Source of the DNA: Candidatus Ozemobacteraceae bacterium
GTDB lineage: Bacteria > Muiribacteriota > Ozemobacteria > Ozemobacterales > Ozemobacteraceae
Length of the DNA: 64,000 nucleotides
NCBI GenBank assembly: GCA_965140445.1
Contig: OZ223236.1
Location: forward strand, 704,001-768,000
Reading direction: 5' to 3'
Shown: positions 17,395 to 28,311 of the stretch, one piece after another
Position numbering within the stretch: position 1 is the stretch's first letter
Layout of the letters: every line of letters starts with the position of its first letter
Position numbers and translations under genes: made by a program
The notes under the pieces: model-generated
The model's database searches: none
The model's input: only the letters and a program-made list of their open reading frames with translations
Told to the model about the DNA's origin: nothing

Positions 17395-19326
17395 ATGAGA
17401 GCTAGAGTTTTTTTCATGGCAATCGCATTTATTATTGCCTTTGCTTTAAATGGTTTTGCCGCAGGTAAAAGCGGATTGATTTCTGCTGAAAATATTTTCA
17501 AGAAGCCCGAAAAAGCTAATTTTCAACTATCGCTCGATGGGGATTACCTTTCCTGGCTTGCTCCCTATAAAACCAGGATGAATATTTTTGTCAGAGATCT
17601 TAAGAGCGGTAAGGAGAAACGATTAACCTCAATGCTTCATAGGGATATTCCTCACTACTCATGGCTTAATAAAGATGTTATAGGCTTTGTGATGGATAAG
17701 AATGGAGATGAAAACTTTAAACTTTATGGAGTCAACATCAATACGGGAAAAGAAACTTGTTTTACTCCTTTCGATGGTGTCAGGGCAGGTTTAGTTGATG
17801 ATCTGGAAGAAGAGCCGGATCATGTGCTGATAGCAATGAATAAGCGTGATAAAAAAGTCATGGATGTATTTCGGTTGACCCTTTCAACCGGAGAGCTTGA
17901 AGAAGTTGCCAGAAATGACGGGACAATTATTGGGTGGTTAACTGATTGGAACGGAAAATTGAGAGGCGCTTTGTCTAAAGTTAATAATCGCGATTTAATC
18001 TTATTGCGGGAAGATGAAAAAGCTGACTTTAAGCCCTTCTATATTGCTCCTGAAGGCGATAAATTCAGCTCGGTCATATTTGATTTTGACAATTCAGGAT
18101 TAATAGTGAAAACCAATTTAAACCGCGATAAAGAGGCGTTTGTGAGGCTTTCAGCGGGGGGGAATGAAATCGAAACTCTTTTTGAGCATCCAGAAGTCGA
18201 TGCCGGAGCTGTTATAATCTCAAAATACTATAAAAAGATAATGGGTTTTGGCTATTACACTGACAAATTGAAACATAAGATTATTGATAAAGACTTGAAG
18301 AAAATTATCAATAGATTGAAAATTCAGAATTTTGGCAAGACTGTTTCATTTCAGGATGCAGATAGAAAATATACCAAACTGCTTTTCTATATTGGTGGAG
18401 ATACTGATCCAGGGGCGTATTATTTATATGAAAAAGAAAGCCAAAAGTTGACCAAACTTATTGAGACTATGCCGTGGATAGATAAGTCTCTTCTGTGCAA
18501 AAGCAAGCCAATTAAGTATTTGAGCAGAGATGGAAAAACATGGCTTAATGGATACTTGACCTTGCCGAAAAATGCTTCTAAAAACAAGGCGCCTTTAATC
18601 ATTAATCCTCATGGCGGGCCAGCATCTAGAGATGGATGGGGCTTTAATCCTGAAATTCAATTTCTCGCGAACCGTGGATATGCTGTTTTACAGGTTAATT
18701 TCCGTGGCTCTACCGGGTATGGAAAATATTTTCAGGATCTTGGTATTAAACAGTGGGGAAAAGGATACATGCAGCATGATTTGTCCGACGGTGTGAATTG
18801 GGCTATCAACCAGGGAATAGCAAAGCAGGATAAAATTGCGATTTACGGCGGATCGTATGGCGGATACGCAGCTCTTGCTGGTATGACTTTTACTCCAGAA
18901 CTCTATGCGTGCGGCGTCAGCTATGTCGGCCCCTCTAATCTTTTAACCTTGTTAAATTCAATTCCACCTTACTGGAAGCCAATAGTGAAAGACCTCTACA
19001 GGAGAGTCGGTGATCCGGTTAAAGACAAGGAATTTTTGAAATCAATTTCTCCGCTTTTTTCTGTGGATAATATAACCAGGCCTCTCTTTGTTGTTCAAGG
19101 AGCGCAAGACCCGCGCGTTAAAAAACAGGAGTCTGATCAAATCGTTTCTGCTATGAAGAAGAAAGGGTTAGAGGTTTATTACATGGTTAAAGAAAATGAA
19201 GGACATGGATTTAGAAATCAGGAAAATCAGATAGAGTTTTACAAAAGCCTTGAAGCTTTTCTGGGAAAATATCTTGGCGGAAAATCCTTGTCTGATCAAT
19301 CGAATATTTCAAAGTTTAGACAGTAA
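17395..19326 (+). CDS. Secreted S9 family peptidase (beta-propeller + alpha/beta hydrolase)
   Basis: Signal peptide; PHGGP, NFRGSTGYG, GGSYGG nucleophile, DPRV, EGHG. Confidence 0.92.
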   Translation: MRARVFFMAIAFIIAFALNGFAAGKSGLISAENIFKKPEKANFQLSLDGDYLSWLAPYKTRMNIFVRDLKSGKEKRLTSMLHRDIPHYSWLNKDVIGFVMDKNGDENFKLYGVNINTGKETCFTPFDGVRAGLVDDLEEEPDHVLIAMNKRDKKVMDVFRLTLSTGELEEVARNDGTIIGWLTDWNGKLRGALSKVNNRDLILLREDEKADFKPFYIAPEGDKFSSVIFDFDNSGLIVKTNLNRDKEAFVRLSAGGNEIETLFEHPEVDAGAVIISKYYKKIMGFGYYTDKLKHKIIDKDLKKIINRLKIQNFGKTVSFQDADRKYTKLLFYIGGDTDPGAYYLYEKESQKLTKLIETMPWIDKSLLCKSKPIKYLSRDGKTWLNGYLTLPKNASKNKAPLIINPHGGPASRDGWGFNPEIQFLANRGYAVLQVNFRGSTGYGKYFQDLGIKQWGKGYMQHDLSDGVNWAINQGIAKQDKIAIYGGSYGGYAALAGMTFTPELYACGVSYVGPSNLLTLLNSIPPYWKPIVKDLYRRVGDPVKDKEFLKSISPLFSVDNITRPLFVVQGAQDPRVKKQESDQIVSAMKKKGLEVYYMVKENEGHGFRNQENQIEFYKSLEAFLGKYLGGKSLSDQSNISKFRQ

Positions 19327-19338
19327 TATTAAGCCTTT

Positions 19339-19384
19339 AAAGCAGTCTCCTGAATAATTTTTTTTGAAGGGAGACTGCTTTTTT
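19339..19384 (+). terminator. Intrinsic terminator
   Basis: AAAGCAGTCTCC...GGAGACTGCTTT followed by T tract. Confidence 0.75.
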
Positions 19385-19550
19385 GTACATAAAAAAATAA
19401 AGTTGCTGGTAAAATTGCAATAAATTGAATAATATTAAAAGTAGGCAAACAAATTACTACAAGGATTAGAAACTTTGCACCAGAATAAAAAAGCAAATAT
19501 CTTAGTGTTTCGTCCTGATAGACTTTATACCCAAAGAAAATAGGTAAAAT

Positions 19551-20030
19551 ATGACAACATATATTGGAATTGGCGAATATGCTGTGTCAGGCCAACCTGG
19601 TGAGGTTCTTAGAACTTTAGCTTTGGGTCCATGCGTTGGAGTAGTTGTTTTTTCCAAAAAAATTAGCGTTGTTGGTTTATTGCATGTCCAATTACCAGAA
19701 AGTTCCATAAACTTGGATCTAGCGGCAAAAAGGCCTGCTGTCTTCGCAGACACTGGAATCCCTTTATTCTTATCTGAGTTTGCCAAATTTGGCTGCCGAC
19801 CTGCTGAGCTAATGGTTAAACTGGTAGGGGGAGCTCAGGTAATGGACTCTAAAAACACCTTTAACATTGGAAAAAGAAACTATCTGGCTGTGAAAAAAAT
19901 ACTTTGGGCCAATCGCCTTTGGCCACTAAAAGAAGAGATCGGTGGAACAATTAGTCGATCGGTTACCATTGAAGTAGGCAAAACGGATGTAACTATTTCC
20001 ACCCCCGGAATAGAAGAACGGATTATTTGA
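19551..20030 (+). CDS. cheD: CheD family protein
   Basis: IGIGEY, TLALGPCVGV, GLLHVQLP, FADTGI, KLVGGA, NIGKRN. Confidence 0.9.
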   Translation: MTTYIGIGEYAVSGQPGEVLRTLALGPCVGVVVFSKKISVVGLLHVQLPESSINLDLAAKRPAVFADTGIPLFLSEFAKFGCRPAELMVKLVGGAQVMDSKNTFNIGKRNYLAVKKILWANRLWPLKEEIGGTISRSVTIEVGKTDVTISTPGIEERII

Positions 20031-20062
20031 GGTGAACTTTTTATGATTAACGGAGAAGAGTT

Positions 20063-20437
20063 ATGATACATACGGTACTTATCGCCGACGATTCTGCTAC
20101 AGCCCGTATGATTACTCAACGCTGCCTTGAGATGCTAGGACTGGAAAGCAAGTTTTTGCACGCAAAAGATGGCAGAGAAGCTCTGGAAATCCTAAGGGCG
20201 GGTGGAGTAGATTTGCTTATTACAGACATGGTTATGCCCGAAATGGACGGAAAGGCTTTGTTGAAAAGTGTTAAAAGCAGTCCAAAGCTGAATCATATTC
20301 CTGTTTTTGTTATTACTTCTTTAGCTAATCCAGCATTAGAAAGCGAAATGGAACAAATTGGGGTTGACCATGTTATTTATAAGCCAGTGTCTCCTCCAAA
20401 ATTAATGATGGCTCTGGAAGCCGTAATGGGAGGGTAA
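20063..20437 (+). CDS. Single-domain response regulator
   Basis: IADDS, ITDMVMPEMDG, ITS, YKP. Confidence 0.9.
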   Translation: MIHTVLIADDSATARMITQRCLEMLGLESKFLHAKDGREALEILRAGGVDLLITDMVMPEMDGKALLKSVKSSPKLNHIPVFVITSLANPALESEMEQIGVDHVIYKPVSPPKLMMALEAVMGG

Positions 20438-20439
20438 TT

Positions 20440-20916
20440 ATGATTTCTCCTAACCCGGGAACTCCTGAAGCTATCATTTATGAAGCTTTGGTAGAGACTT
20501 TTGAAAATCTGGTTTTTGAAGAAGTTATTTTAGAAGAGGTTGCTCAAAACAAGCTTCCAGAAAGCGCCAATGGATGCTTGATTGCAAAAATGGATTTGTC
20601 TGACCCCCCCATGGGAACAGTTATTCTGGCAATCCGGACTGATCTTATGATTCGCTTTTGTGAAGCGATATTTGGAATGGTTGAAGAAGAAATGCCTGAT
20701 TTGCAGCAGATGGAAGATAGCCTTGGGGAGCTTTTAAACACCATTTGCGGACGAATGCTGGCAATGAAGCTGCCTGATGACCAAACTTATAATCTTGGTT
20801 TACCCAAATTGTCAAAAGATGAAGAACTAAAATTTGAAGGAGAGTTCAGGTCTGTAAATTGCATGATAGGGGACAATATGGTTTTCATGTTGGTTCCAGA
20901 GGTGTTTTGGTTGTAG
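20440..20916 (+). CDS. CheX-like protein
   Basis: DSLGELLNTICG (ExxN) and LGLP; che context. Confidence 0.7.
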   Translation: MISPNPGTPEAIIYEALVETFENLVFEEVILEEVAQNKLPESANGCLIAKMDLSDPPMGTVILAIRTDLMIRFCEAIFGMVEEEMPDLQQMEDSLGELLNTICGRMLAMKLPDDQTYNLGLPKLSKDEELKFEGEFRSVNCMIGDNMVFMLVPEVFWL

Positions 20917-20934
20917 AAAAATATTGAGTTAAGG

Positions 20935-21426
20935 ATGGTTAAGATGGATTCAAAAGTTGCCAATCAATTTATTCTAGCCGCAATTAGCGTTTTCAAAAAA
21001 GTCGGAAATGTTGAGCTTAAAAGAGAAGGACTTGAATATTTCCCACGAGGACTGAAACTTAATGCTGGTATTGCCACCATTCTTGGTATCACAGGAGACT
21101 TTAAAGGACAATTTGTCATTACCCTGAATGAAGACACCGCTTGTCAGGTTGCTTCAGCTATTTTAATGGGGATTCCTGTTCCAAAATATGATGAAGTCGC
21201 AGAAAGCGGCGTTTGTGAGCTTGGCAACATGATCGGAGGAGAGGTAAGCACTCTTCTGCACGAAAATGGGTATGTTTGTGATATAACCGTTCCTTCAATT
21301 GCCAGAGGAAAAGAGATGGAGATCTCATTCTACCCCACCGCCCCAATGTTTCTTATCAAGTTTTCGTGCGATTGGGGTCCAATTGAACTTATTTTGAAGG
21401 TTGATTCGTCAAAATCGAAATCTTAA
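20935..21426 (+). CDS. cheX: CheX phosphatase
   Basis: ILGITGDFKG, GVCELGNMIGG (ExxN), DITVPS. Confidence 0.85.
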   Translation: MVKMDSKVANQFILAAISVFKKVGNVELKREGLEYFPRGLKLNAGIATILGITGDFKGQFVITLNEDTACQVASAILMGIPVPKYDEVAESGVCELGNMIGGEVSTLLHENGYVCDITVPSIARGKEMEISFYPTAPMFLIKFSCDWGPIELILKVDSSKSKS

Positions 21427-21526
21427 TTATCTTTTTGTATGAGAAGTTTTTCGTTTCCCAAGCTAGCTTTTGTTTCCTAGCCTAAACTAATAGACTTGGT
21501 AAATAACTGAGGAAAGAAGTCTGTCT

Positions 21527-23929
21527 ATGTATAAAGATATGGAGCTTGAGTTTTTACAAGTTTTCGTTGGAGAAAGCCGCGAGCTAATCGAAGAGGTGGA
21601 ACCTCAGCTTATTGAATTACATCAGGAAGCCGCTTTAACTGGTGAACTTGATGTTGCAACGATTAATGCCATTTTTAGACTTTTCCATTCGATGAAAGGG
21701 AGTGCGGCAAGTTTAGGATTAAATAATATTGCCTCTCTGACTCATAAAGCAGAAACCCTCCTCGATCTATTTAGAGAAGGAAAAGCTGAGTTAAAATCTG
21801 AACATGTTGATTTGCTGCTTCGTACACTTGATCTAGCTAATGTGTATCTCGGCCTGGTAGAAGAGCAGCATAACGACAAAGGCAGAGAAGATGAGAGGGC
21901 ATTCCTGGAAGAAGAACTTTCTTCTGCAATCGATAAAGCCACTGGTGGTGCTAAAGGAAAAGCTAAGGCCAAGGCCAAGGCAAAAGCTGCCACCAAAGCA
22001 AAGTTGGCAAAATCAATGTCCGACAAAAATGATAAAGAAAAGATTGAAGAAGAGCCTGAAGAACCAGAAAAAATTGATGAGCCAGAAGAAGATAAATTAA
22101 GCTTCGATACGGGCAAGGTTATTGATCAATCTGATGCCGGATTGATTAATCAATTTGTTGAGGAAGCAGTTGATTTTCTGGACAGCTCAGAAGGTATTCT
22201 CCTGGAGATGGAAAAAGACCCTGTTGAGAACTCTCCGCAGATGAGAGAACTTTTCAGAGGTTTTCACAGTTTTAAAGGAAATTGTGGATTTTTAGGGTTT
22301 GCAGATCTTGGCAGCTTGAGTCATAAGGCAGAAACCGTATTTGAAACCTTCTTTGATAATGGCGTTTCCCCTCTGCCTGAACATATTATGACCTTTTTAA
22401 TCATAGTGGACTGCCTCAGGCAGGGCATTAATGATGTTGCTGGTGGTGGAAAGGGTGCTATCGAAGGCTTGCAGTCAATGGAAGATTTGTTGGCCAAGAT
22501 GACTTCAGATGTAACGGATGCGAAAGATGCTCCGAAAAAGATTGGCCAGATATTGGTCGATGAAGGCGCTGTGACAAAAGATCAGCTCCGGGAAGCCCTT
22601 GAAAAACAAAATTCGGCTCTGGGCGACGTGCTTGTTGACATGGGCGCAACGGACAAGGGAGCGGTCGAAAAGGCTCTTAAAAAGCAGACAGAACAGTCGG
22701 CGGCAACAACCAGCATTAGTAAATCAATTAAAAGATCTGATATTAGAGTGGATCTGAATAAACTGGATAAGCTTGTAAACCTTGTAGGCGAACTCGTTAT
22801 TGCTGAAACCATGGTTACCAAAAACCCGGATTTGAAAAATCTCACATTGGAAAACTTTGATAAAGCGGTCCACCATCTACGCCGTGTCACCAGTGAGTTG
22901 CAGGATGTTGCAATGAGCGTCAGAATGATTCCACTTACCATGACCTTCCAGAAGCTTGTAAGGGTAGTTCATGACCTGGCGAGAAAATCGAACAAAAAAG
23001 TAAAATTGAACCTTGTGGGCGAGGAAACTGAAGTCGATAAGACAATGACTGAACAGATTGCCGATCCTTTGCTTCATATGGTTAGAAACTCTGTAGATCA
23101 CGGTTTTGAGTCTACTGAGGAAAGAATTCGATTAGGGAAACCTGAAACAGGAAAACTTACCATCGAAGCTAGATATGAGGGCGGAGAGGTTTGGATCGTT
23201 GTTTCAGATGATGGAAAGGGTATTGACCGTGAAGTAATTCTCAAGAAGGCTATTGAGAAAGGCTTGGTAAATCCCAATGATGCTGCTGCCATGGAAGACG
23301 AAGACGTCTTCAATCTGATATTTGAACCAGGTTTTTCGACCTCTCAAACAGTGTCTGAGGTTTCTGGACGCGGCGTTGGTATGGACGTTGTTAAGAAAAA
23401 TATTGAAAAGCTTAAAGGCAGGATTCTGGTTAGAAGTAAATTGGGTTTTGGAACCTCAATCTATCTTCAGATTCCTTTGACTCTTGCTATTATTGATGGA
23501 ATGCTGGTCAGAGTGGGAGATTCTAGATATACAATTCCTCTGTTATCCATTAGGGAATCAATTCAACCCCAAACTTCATGGATTACCACTACTCCAGATC
23601 AGAATGAAATTGTAAGAATCAGGGAAGAACTTATTCCTGTTATAAGGCTGCATAGTCTACATGGAAAGAAGCCTCAATTTGAAAATTTGCACGAAGGTAT
23701 TCTTGTTATTGTAGAGGATAGAGGTAAAAAAGCAGCTATTTTCCTTGATGAGATTCTTGGTCAACAACAGACAGTAATTAAAGGGCTCTCCGGGTATCTT
23801 TCGTCGGTTAAGGGAATATCTGGCTGCACCATTCTTGGAGATGGAGCGGTTAGTTTAATTCTGGATATAGGTGGCCTTGTTGATAAGGCTGGCGGACAAA
23901 AGAAGCTAGGCTCTGAAAGGGAGGTTTAA
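21527..23929 (+). CDS. cheA: CheA with two His-containing Hpt domains and MshEN-like repeats
   Basis: FRLFHSMKG and FRGFHSFKG; LLHMVRNSVDHG; DDGKG; FEPGFST..SGRGVGMDVV; P5 domain. Confidence 0.95.
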   Translation: MYKDMELEFLQVFVGESRELIEEVEPQLIELHQEAALTGELDVATINAIFRLFHSMKGSAASLGLNNIASLTHKAETLLDLFREGKAELKSEHVDLLLRTLDLANVYLGLVEEQHNDKGREDERAFLEEELSSAIDKATGGAKGKAKAKAKAKAATKAKLAKSMSDKNDKEKIEEEPEEPEKIDEPEEDKLSFDTGKVIDQSDAGLINQFVEEAVDFLDSSEGILLEMEKDPVENSPQMRELFRGFHSFKGNCGFLGFADLGSLSHKAETVFETFFDNGVSPLPEHIMTFLIIVDCLRQGINDVAGGGKGAIEGLQSMEDLLAKMTSDVTDAKDAPKKIGQILVDEGAVTKDQLREALEKQNSALGDVLVDMGATDKGAVEKALKKQTEQSAATTSISKSIKRSDIRVDLNKLDKLVNLVGELVIAETMVTKNPDLKNLTLENFDKAVHHLRRVTSELQDVAMSVRMIPLTMTFQKLVRVVHDLARKSNKKVKLNLVGEETEVDKTMTEQIADPLLHMVRNSVDHGFESTEERIRLGKPETGKLTIEARYEGGEVWIVVSDDGKGIDREVILKKAIEKGLVNPNDAAAMEDEDVFNLIFEPGFSTSQTVSEVSGRGVGMDVVKKNIEKLKGRILVRSKLGFGTSIYLQIPLTLAIIDGMLVRVGDSRYTIPLLSIRESIQPQTSWITTTPDQNEIVRIREELIPVIRLHSLHGKKPQFENLHEGILVIVEDRGKKAAIFLDEILGQQQTVIKGLSGYLSSVKGISGCTILGDGAVSLILDIGGLVDKAGGQKKLGSEREV

Positions 23930-23930
23930 G

Positions 23931-24449
23931 GTGTCCGAATCTCAAAGAAAGAATACTGAAGATGATTTCGATTTCATTGATGAAGAAAATGAAGATACTC
24001 AAGAGGGAAGATATCTATCTTTCCGCATAGCTAAAGAAGAATACGCTATAGAGATTCGTCATGTGACAGAGATTGTTGGAATTCAGAAGATAACTGAAGT
24101 TCCCGATATGCCTAAGTATGTTAAGGGAGTTATAAACCTTAGGGGTAGTGTTATTCCTGTTGTGGATGTAAGACTCCGGTTCAACATGGAACCTGAAGAT
24201 TATGATGATAGAACATGTTTGATTGTTGTGAACGTAAATGATTCACCAATTGGACTTGTTGTTGATGCTGTAAAAGAGGTTATTTCTATCGCTCCAGAGC
24301 AGATATCACCTGCTCCTCAGGTTTCAAAAGGTGATGTATCGCGTTACATTAAAGGAATTGCTAGATTTGCAGAAGAAGTGATTATCCTGCTTGCGATGGA
24401 TAAATTGCTGTATGACGAAAAACTCCATGGTTTTTCGGAAAATCAATAA
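23931..24449 (+). CDS. cheW: CheW
   Basis: YLSFRI, ITEVP, GVINLRGSVIPVVD; GTG start with GGAGG SD. Confidence 0.95.
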   Translation: MSESQRKNTEDDFDFIDEENEDTQEGRYLSFRIAKEEYAIEIRHVTEIVGIQKITEVPDMPKYVKGVINLRGSVIPVVDVRLRFNMEPEDYDDRTCLIVVNVNDSPIGLVVDAVKEVISIAPEQISPAPQVSKGDVSRYIKGIARFAEEVIILLAMDKLLYDEKLHGFSENQ

Positions 24450-24542
24450 GACAGATAAGCTATAAGTTGTCCTAACACTGGTCTAGAGAATTTTTCGTAA
24501 TTCACTTTCTTGGAAATTTTTTTGAAAGGAAAGGCAAAGATT

Positions 24543-26972
24543 ATGGGATTTAGGAACATTTGGCAAAACTTGTCGTTGAAGTGGAAACTGGTGATTTTGA
24601 GCATTTTTTGTATTGCTCTCATGGGCATTCCCCAGGTTCTTGTGTTCATGGACGCTACTCAAACAATTCAGGGTGTTACAGAGAAGTCTATGATGAGCAA
24701 AGCTGAGGACGAAACCAAGCGTGTTGCAGAAGGCATTTACAACATGGTTTTGACCCAGGATAAGATTTTAAGAATCAAGTTGAAATCTGACCTGGAAACA
24801 GCGAGGGATATCTTAAAAAGAGCTGGAGATGTTTCGCTTAGTTCTGAGCAGGTTTCCTGGCGGGCAATAAACCAATTTAGCAAAAATGAGCAGGCAATTA
24901 GTTTGCCGAAAATGTTTGTTGGTGAAACTTGGCTTGGTCAGGTTTCTGACCCCGATGAAAAAGCATCCATTGTTGACAAGGTTCAATCACTGGTTGGAGG
25001 AACTTGCACAATTTTCCAGAGGATGAATTCTCAGGGAGACATGCTTCGTGTAGCTACAAATGTAATCGCAGGCTCAGGCAAAAGAGCTATTGGGACTTAT
25101 ATTCCTGCTACAAACCCTGATGGAAAGGCAAATCCGGTTGTTTCAGCAGTTTTACGTGGAGATACCTTTGTAGGGAAGGCTTTTGTCGTTGATAAGTGGT
25201 ATTTGACAGCTTATGAGCCATTAAAAGATTATTCTGGTAAAACTGTCGGTATTCTTTACGTTGGTATCCCGATGGAAATGGTCAAAGACCTTCGTGAAGC
25301 TATTTTAAAGCTTAAAGTTGGTAAGACTGGATATGCTTTTGTATTCGGAAGTCAGGGAGACCAGTGGTGTAAAAGTATTGTTCACCCCAAATCTGGAACC
25401 GGAAAGGATTTTTCCCAGGCAAAGAGTGATGATGGCAGATTTATTATTCAGGAGATTGTAAAAGCAGGTCTTTCAACCAAGAACGGTGAAGCTGTGATTA
25501 TAAATTACCCCTGGAAAAACCCAGGAGAAACCAAGCCAAGGATGAAGATTGCCGCAATTACCTATTATCCTGAATGGGATTGGGTTATCGGTATTGGAAC
25601 ATATCACGACGAATTTCTTGATTCTCTTAACCCAATTAATGCTGCCTTTGCTAATGCACAAAATAAGCAGAACTTTATTACTCTAATAGCTTTGCTTGTT
25701 ATTTGTTTTGTTGCATGGATATTAGCCACTGGAATTTCTGGCCCGGTTTTGAATAGTGTTAAAATGCTAAATGCTGTTGCCAGAGAAGGTGATGTTTCCA
25801 TTCGAGTTCCAGAAGAAGATCTGAAAAGGAAAGATGAGGTCGGGCAACTTTGCCAGGGCCTTAATCTATTAATTCGACAACAGAGTGATCAGGCAAAAAT
25901 GGCTAAGAAACTGGCTCTCGGTGATTGGAACCAGAATGTGGAAGTCAGGTCTGAGAAAGATGAACTTTGCCAGGCTTTGCAGTTAATGGTTGAGCAGGTG
26001 AATGAAGCCCTTTCTGGAGTAAGAACCGCTGCTGATGAAGTGGATTCTGGGTCTAGTCAGATATCTGATGCCAGCCAATCACTTTCACAGGGTGCTACAG
26101 AATCAGCTGCTTCCTTACAGGAAATTAGTAGCTCAATGACAGAAATTGGTAGTCAGACTAAGGCAAATGCTGAAAATGCTACTCAAGCAAATGTTTTGGC
26201 CACACAAACTCGAACCGCTGCCGAAACTGGTAACCAGAGAATGACGGCTATGATGGCTGCAATGGGTGATATCCAGGATTCCAGTAAGCAGATCGCTAAA
26301 ATTATTAAGGTAATTGATGATATCGCTTTCCAGACAAATCTACTTGCTTTGAATGCTGCCGTAGAGGCAGCCAGAGCAGGAAGACATGGTAAAGGTTTCG
26401 CCGTTGTTGCTGATGAAGTTCGAAACCTCGCTGGAAGAAGTGCTAAGGCTGCCAAAGAGACTTCTGAAATGATTGAGAATTCCATTGGCAAGGTAGATGC
26501 CGGTACTGAAATTGCTCAAGCCACTGAAAAGGCTCTTGAAGAAATTGTTGGTAGTTCTGTAAAAGTTGCGGACCTTGTTGGTGAAATCGCAGCCGCAAGT
26601 AATGAACAGGCCCAGGGAATAGCTCAGATCGGACAAGGACTTGAGCAGATTGATAAAGTTACTCAACAAAACACTGCCAGTGCAGAAGAAACTGCCGCAG
26701 CAGCTGAAGAATTATCAAGTCAGGCTCGAGAGCTTAGTGGCTTGCTGGTAAAATTTAAACTAAAAGATGATTATTCACCATTGGCAATGTCAGCTATGCC
26801 AGCCCCTCCTGTTGCAAAAAATAAGCGACCTGCTCAAAACAGACCGGCCCAGAGAAGAAACGATGATCAAAATTATCCAAATTCAGGGATGACAATTGAG
26901 TCTGTAAAGAATAAAATGTTGAAACCCTCTGATGTCATAGCTTTAGATGATGATGAGTTTGGTAAATACTAG
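24543..26972 (+). CDS. MCP with Cache-type periplasmic sensor and C-terminal pentapeptide EFGKY
   Basis: [62 protein letters not shown]. The ORF track starts at 24510; ATG 24543 preferred. Confidence 0.93.
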   Translation: MGFRNIWQNLSLKWKLVILSIFCIALMGIPQVLVFMDATQTIQGVTEKSMMSKAEDETKRVAEGIYNMVLTQDKILRIKLKSDLETARDILKRAGDVSLSSEQVSWRAINQFSKNEQAISLPKMFVGETWLGQVSDPDEKASIVDKVQSLVGGTCTIFQRMNSQGDMLRVATNVIAGSGKRAIGTYIPATNPDGKANPVVSAVLRGDTFVGKAFVVDKWYLTAYEPLKDYSGKTVGILYVGIPMEMVKDLREAILKLKVGKTGYAFVFGSQGDQWCKSIVHPKSGTGKDFSQAKSDDGRFIIQEIVKAGLSTKNGEAVIINYPWKNPGETKPRMKIAAITYYPEWDWVIGIGTYHDEFLDSLNPINAAFANAQNKQNFITLIALLVICFVAWILATGISGPVLNSVKMLNAVAREGDVSIRVPEEDLKRKDEVGQLCQGLNLLIRQQSDQAKMAKKLALGDWNQNVEVRSEKDELCQALQLMVEQVNEALSGVRTAADEVDSGSSQISDASQSLSQGATESAASLQEISSSMTEIGSQTKANAENATQANVLATQTRTAAETGNQRMTAMMAAMGDIQDSSKQIAKIIKVIDDIAFQTNLLALNAAVEAARAGRHGKGFAVVADEVRNLAGRSAKAAKETSEMIENSIGKVDAGTEIAQATEKALEEIVGSSVKVADLVGEIAAASNEQAQGIAQIGQGLEQIDKVTQQNTASAEETAAAAEELSSQARELSGLLVKFKLKDDYSPLAMSAMPAPPVAKNKRPAQNRPAQRRNDDQNYPNSGMTIESVKNKMLKPSDVIALDDDEFGKY

Positions 26973-26986
26973 TAGGAGTTACTTCA

Positions 26987-27487
26987 GTGGCGCTAGAGGT
27001 CTCTCAAGGATTGTATCTTAAACCAGGTCATGTTTGCATGCCAGATGAGCCGGTAAGGCTTTGGACAGTTACCGGTTCTGGTGTTGTTATGACGATCTTT
27101 GATAGAAAGAGAAAGTTCGGTGGTATGGCTCATTATTTACTTGCTGAAGATGAGTCATCCCCGAATTCCTCTCCTATTTACGCTAAAGGAGCAATACTTG
27201 GACTTTTAAAGTTTTTCCGCGAAAATGGTTCAAGTTTTGGAGACCTTATCGCATCAATTTATGGAGCAGCATGTAATCCAAAAGCTCCTGGCTATATTGA
27301 AGATCTTCATAAGTGCAACGTTCAAGCTTGCAGTAAAATTTTGGCTAAACTCAAAATTGACTTGGCAGGCTGCGACGTTGGAGGGCACTGGGGAAGGAAG
27401 ATAGCTTTTGAATCTCATACTGGTGAGTGCGTTGTTGTAAAGACCGAAAAAATCCGAAGTGAGGACTGGTATCCAGTAGCTAAATGA
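26987..27487 (+). CDS. CheD-like protein lacking the catalytic Cys
   Basis: YLKPG, TVTGSGVVMTIFD (canonical T.LGSCV), GGMAHYLL, DVGG..GRKI.F..TGE. Confidence 0.8.
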   Translation: MALEVSQGLYLKPGHVCMPDEPVRLWTVTGSGVVMTIFDRKRKFGGMAHYLLAEDESSPNSSPIYAKGAILGLLKFFRENGSSFGDLIASIYGAACNPKAPGYIEDLHKCNVQACSKILAKLKIDLAGCDVGGHWGRKIAFESHTGECVVVKTEKIRSEDWYPVAK

Positions 27488-28311
27488 TATTAAAAGATAG
27501 CGAATTTAACGAAATTAAGGATTTGCTTTACGATAGATTTGGAATTGCACTTGCAGATCATAAGAAGAACCTTGTGATTGGTCGCTTGAGAAAGCTGGTT
27601 TCTCAAAGAGGCTTCTCTTCTTATGCCGAATTCATTGAATCTGTAAAAAAAGACAAATCAGGCAGCAGTTTATCCGAGCTGATCGATAAAATGTCTACAA
27701 ATCATACTTTCTTTTTTCGTGAGGCAGAACACTTTAAGGTTTTTAAAGAAACTGCTTTACCTGAAATTGTTGCGGACTTAGAGCAAAAACGCTCAAAAGA
27801 TCTTAGAATATGGTGTGCCGCAGCTTCTACAGGAGAGGAGCCATACTCCATCTTAATGACAATGATGGAGTATTTCAAAACTTCTTATGTAAGTTGGGAT
27901 GCCGGGCTTTTGGCTACAGATATTTCCAGCCGGGTATTAGCAAATGCGGAAGCAGGTATTTATCCTTCGGACAGCGTTATGAATATTCCAGCTGAAATGC
28001 GCAGAAAGTATCTTAAACAAATTGATTCAGAGAGCTGGGAGTTTCTTGCAAAAGTCAGACGGGAAATAACCTTTAGAAGGTTTAACCTTATGAATACTTC
28101 TTTCCCTTTTAAAAAGCAGTTCCATGTTATTTTTTGCCGAAATGTTATGATTTACTTTGATAAACCAACTCGCCATAGTCTTGTGCAAAGAATGTATGAC
28201 GCTACGGCGCCAGGGGGATATTTATTTATTGGTCATTCTGAATCTATCAGGGCTCATGATTGTCCATACGAATATGTTCAGCCGGCTGTTTTTAGAAAAA
28301 GGAAGGTTTGA
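27484..28311 (+). CDS. cheR: CheR methyltransferase
   Basis: STNHTFFFRE, IWCAAASTGEEPY, ATDIS, FCRNVMIYFD, GHSE. Confidence 0.95.
   Translation: MILKDSEFNEIKDLLYDRFGIALADHKKNLVIGRLRKLVSQRGFSSYAEFIESVKKDKSGSSLSELIDKMSTNHTFFFREAEHFKVFKETALPEIVADLEQKRSKDLRIWCAAASTGEEPYSILMTMMEYFKTSYVSWDAGLLATDISSRVLANAEAGIYPSDSVMNIPAEMRRKYLKQIDSESWEFLAKVRREITFRRFNLMNTSFPFKKQFHVIFCRNVMIYFDKPTRHSLVQRMYDATAPGGYLFIGHSESIRAHDCPYEYVQPAVFRKRKV

Noticed and set aside
19430..19550. Possible c-di-GMP-I riboswitch or sigma-54 site before cluster 2 (AGGCAAAC...)
   Set aside because: No GNRA-capped P2 or GCAAA/P3 arrangement, and AC rather than GC at -12
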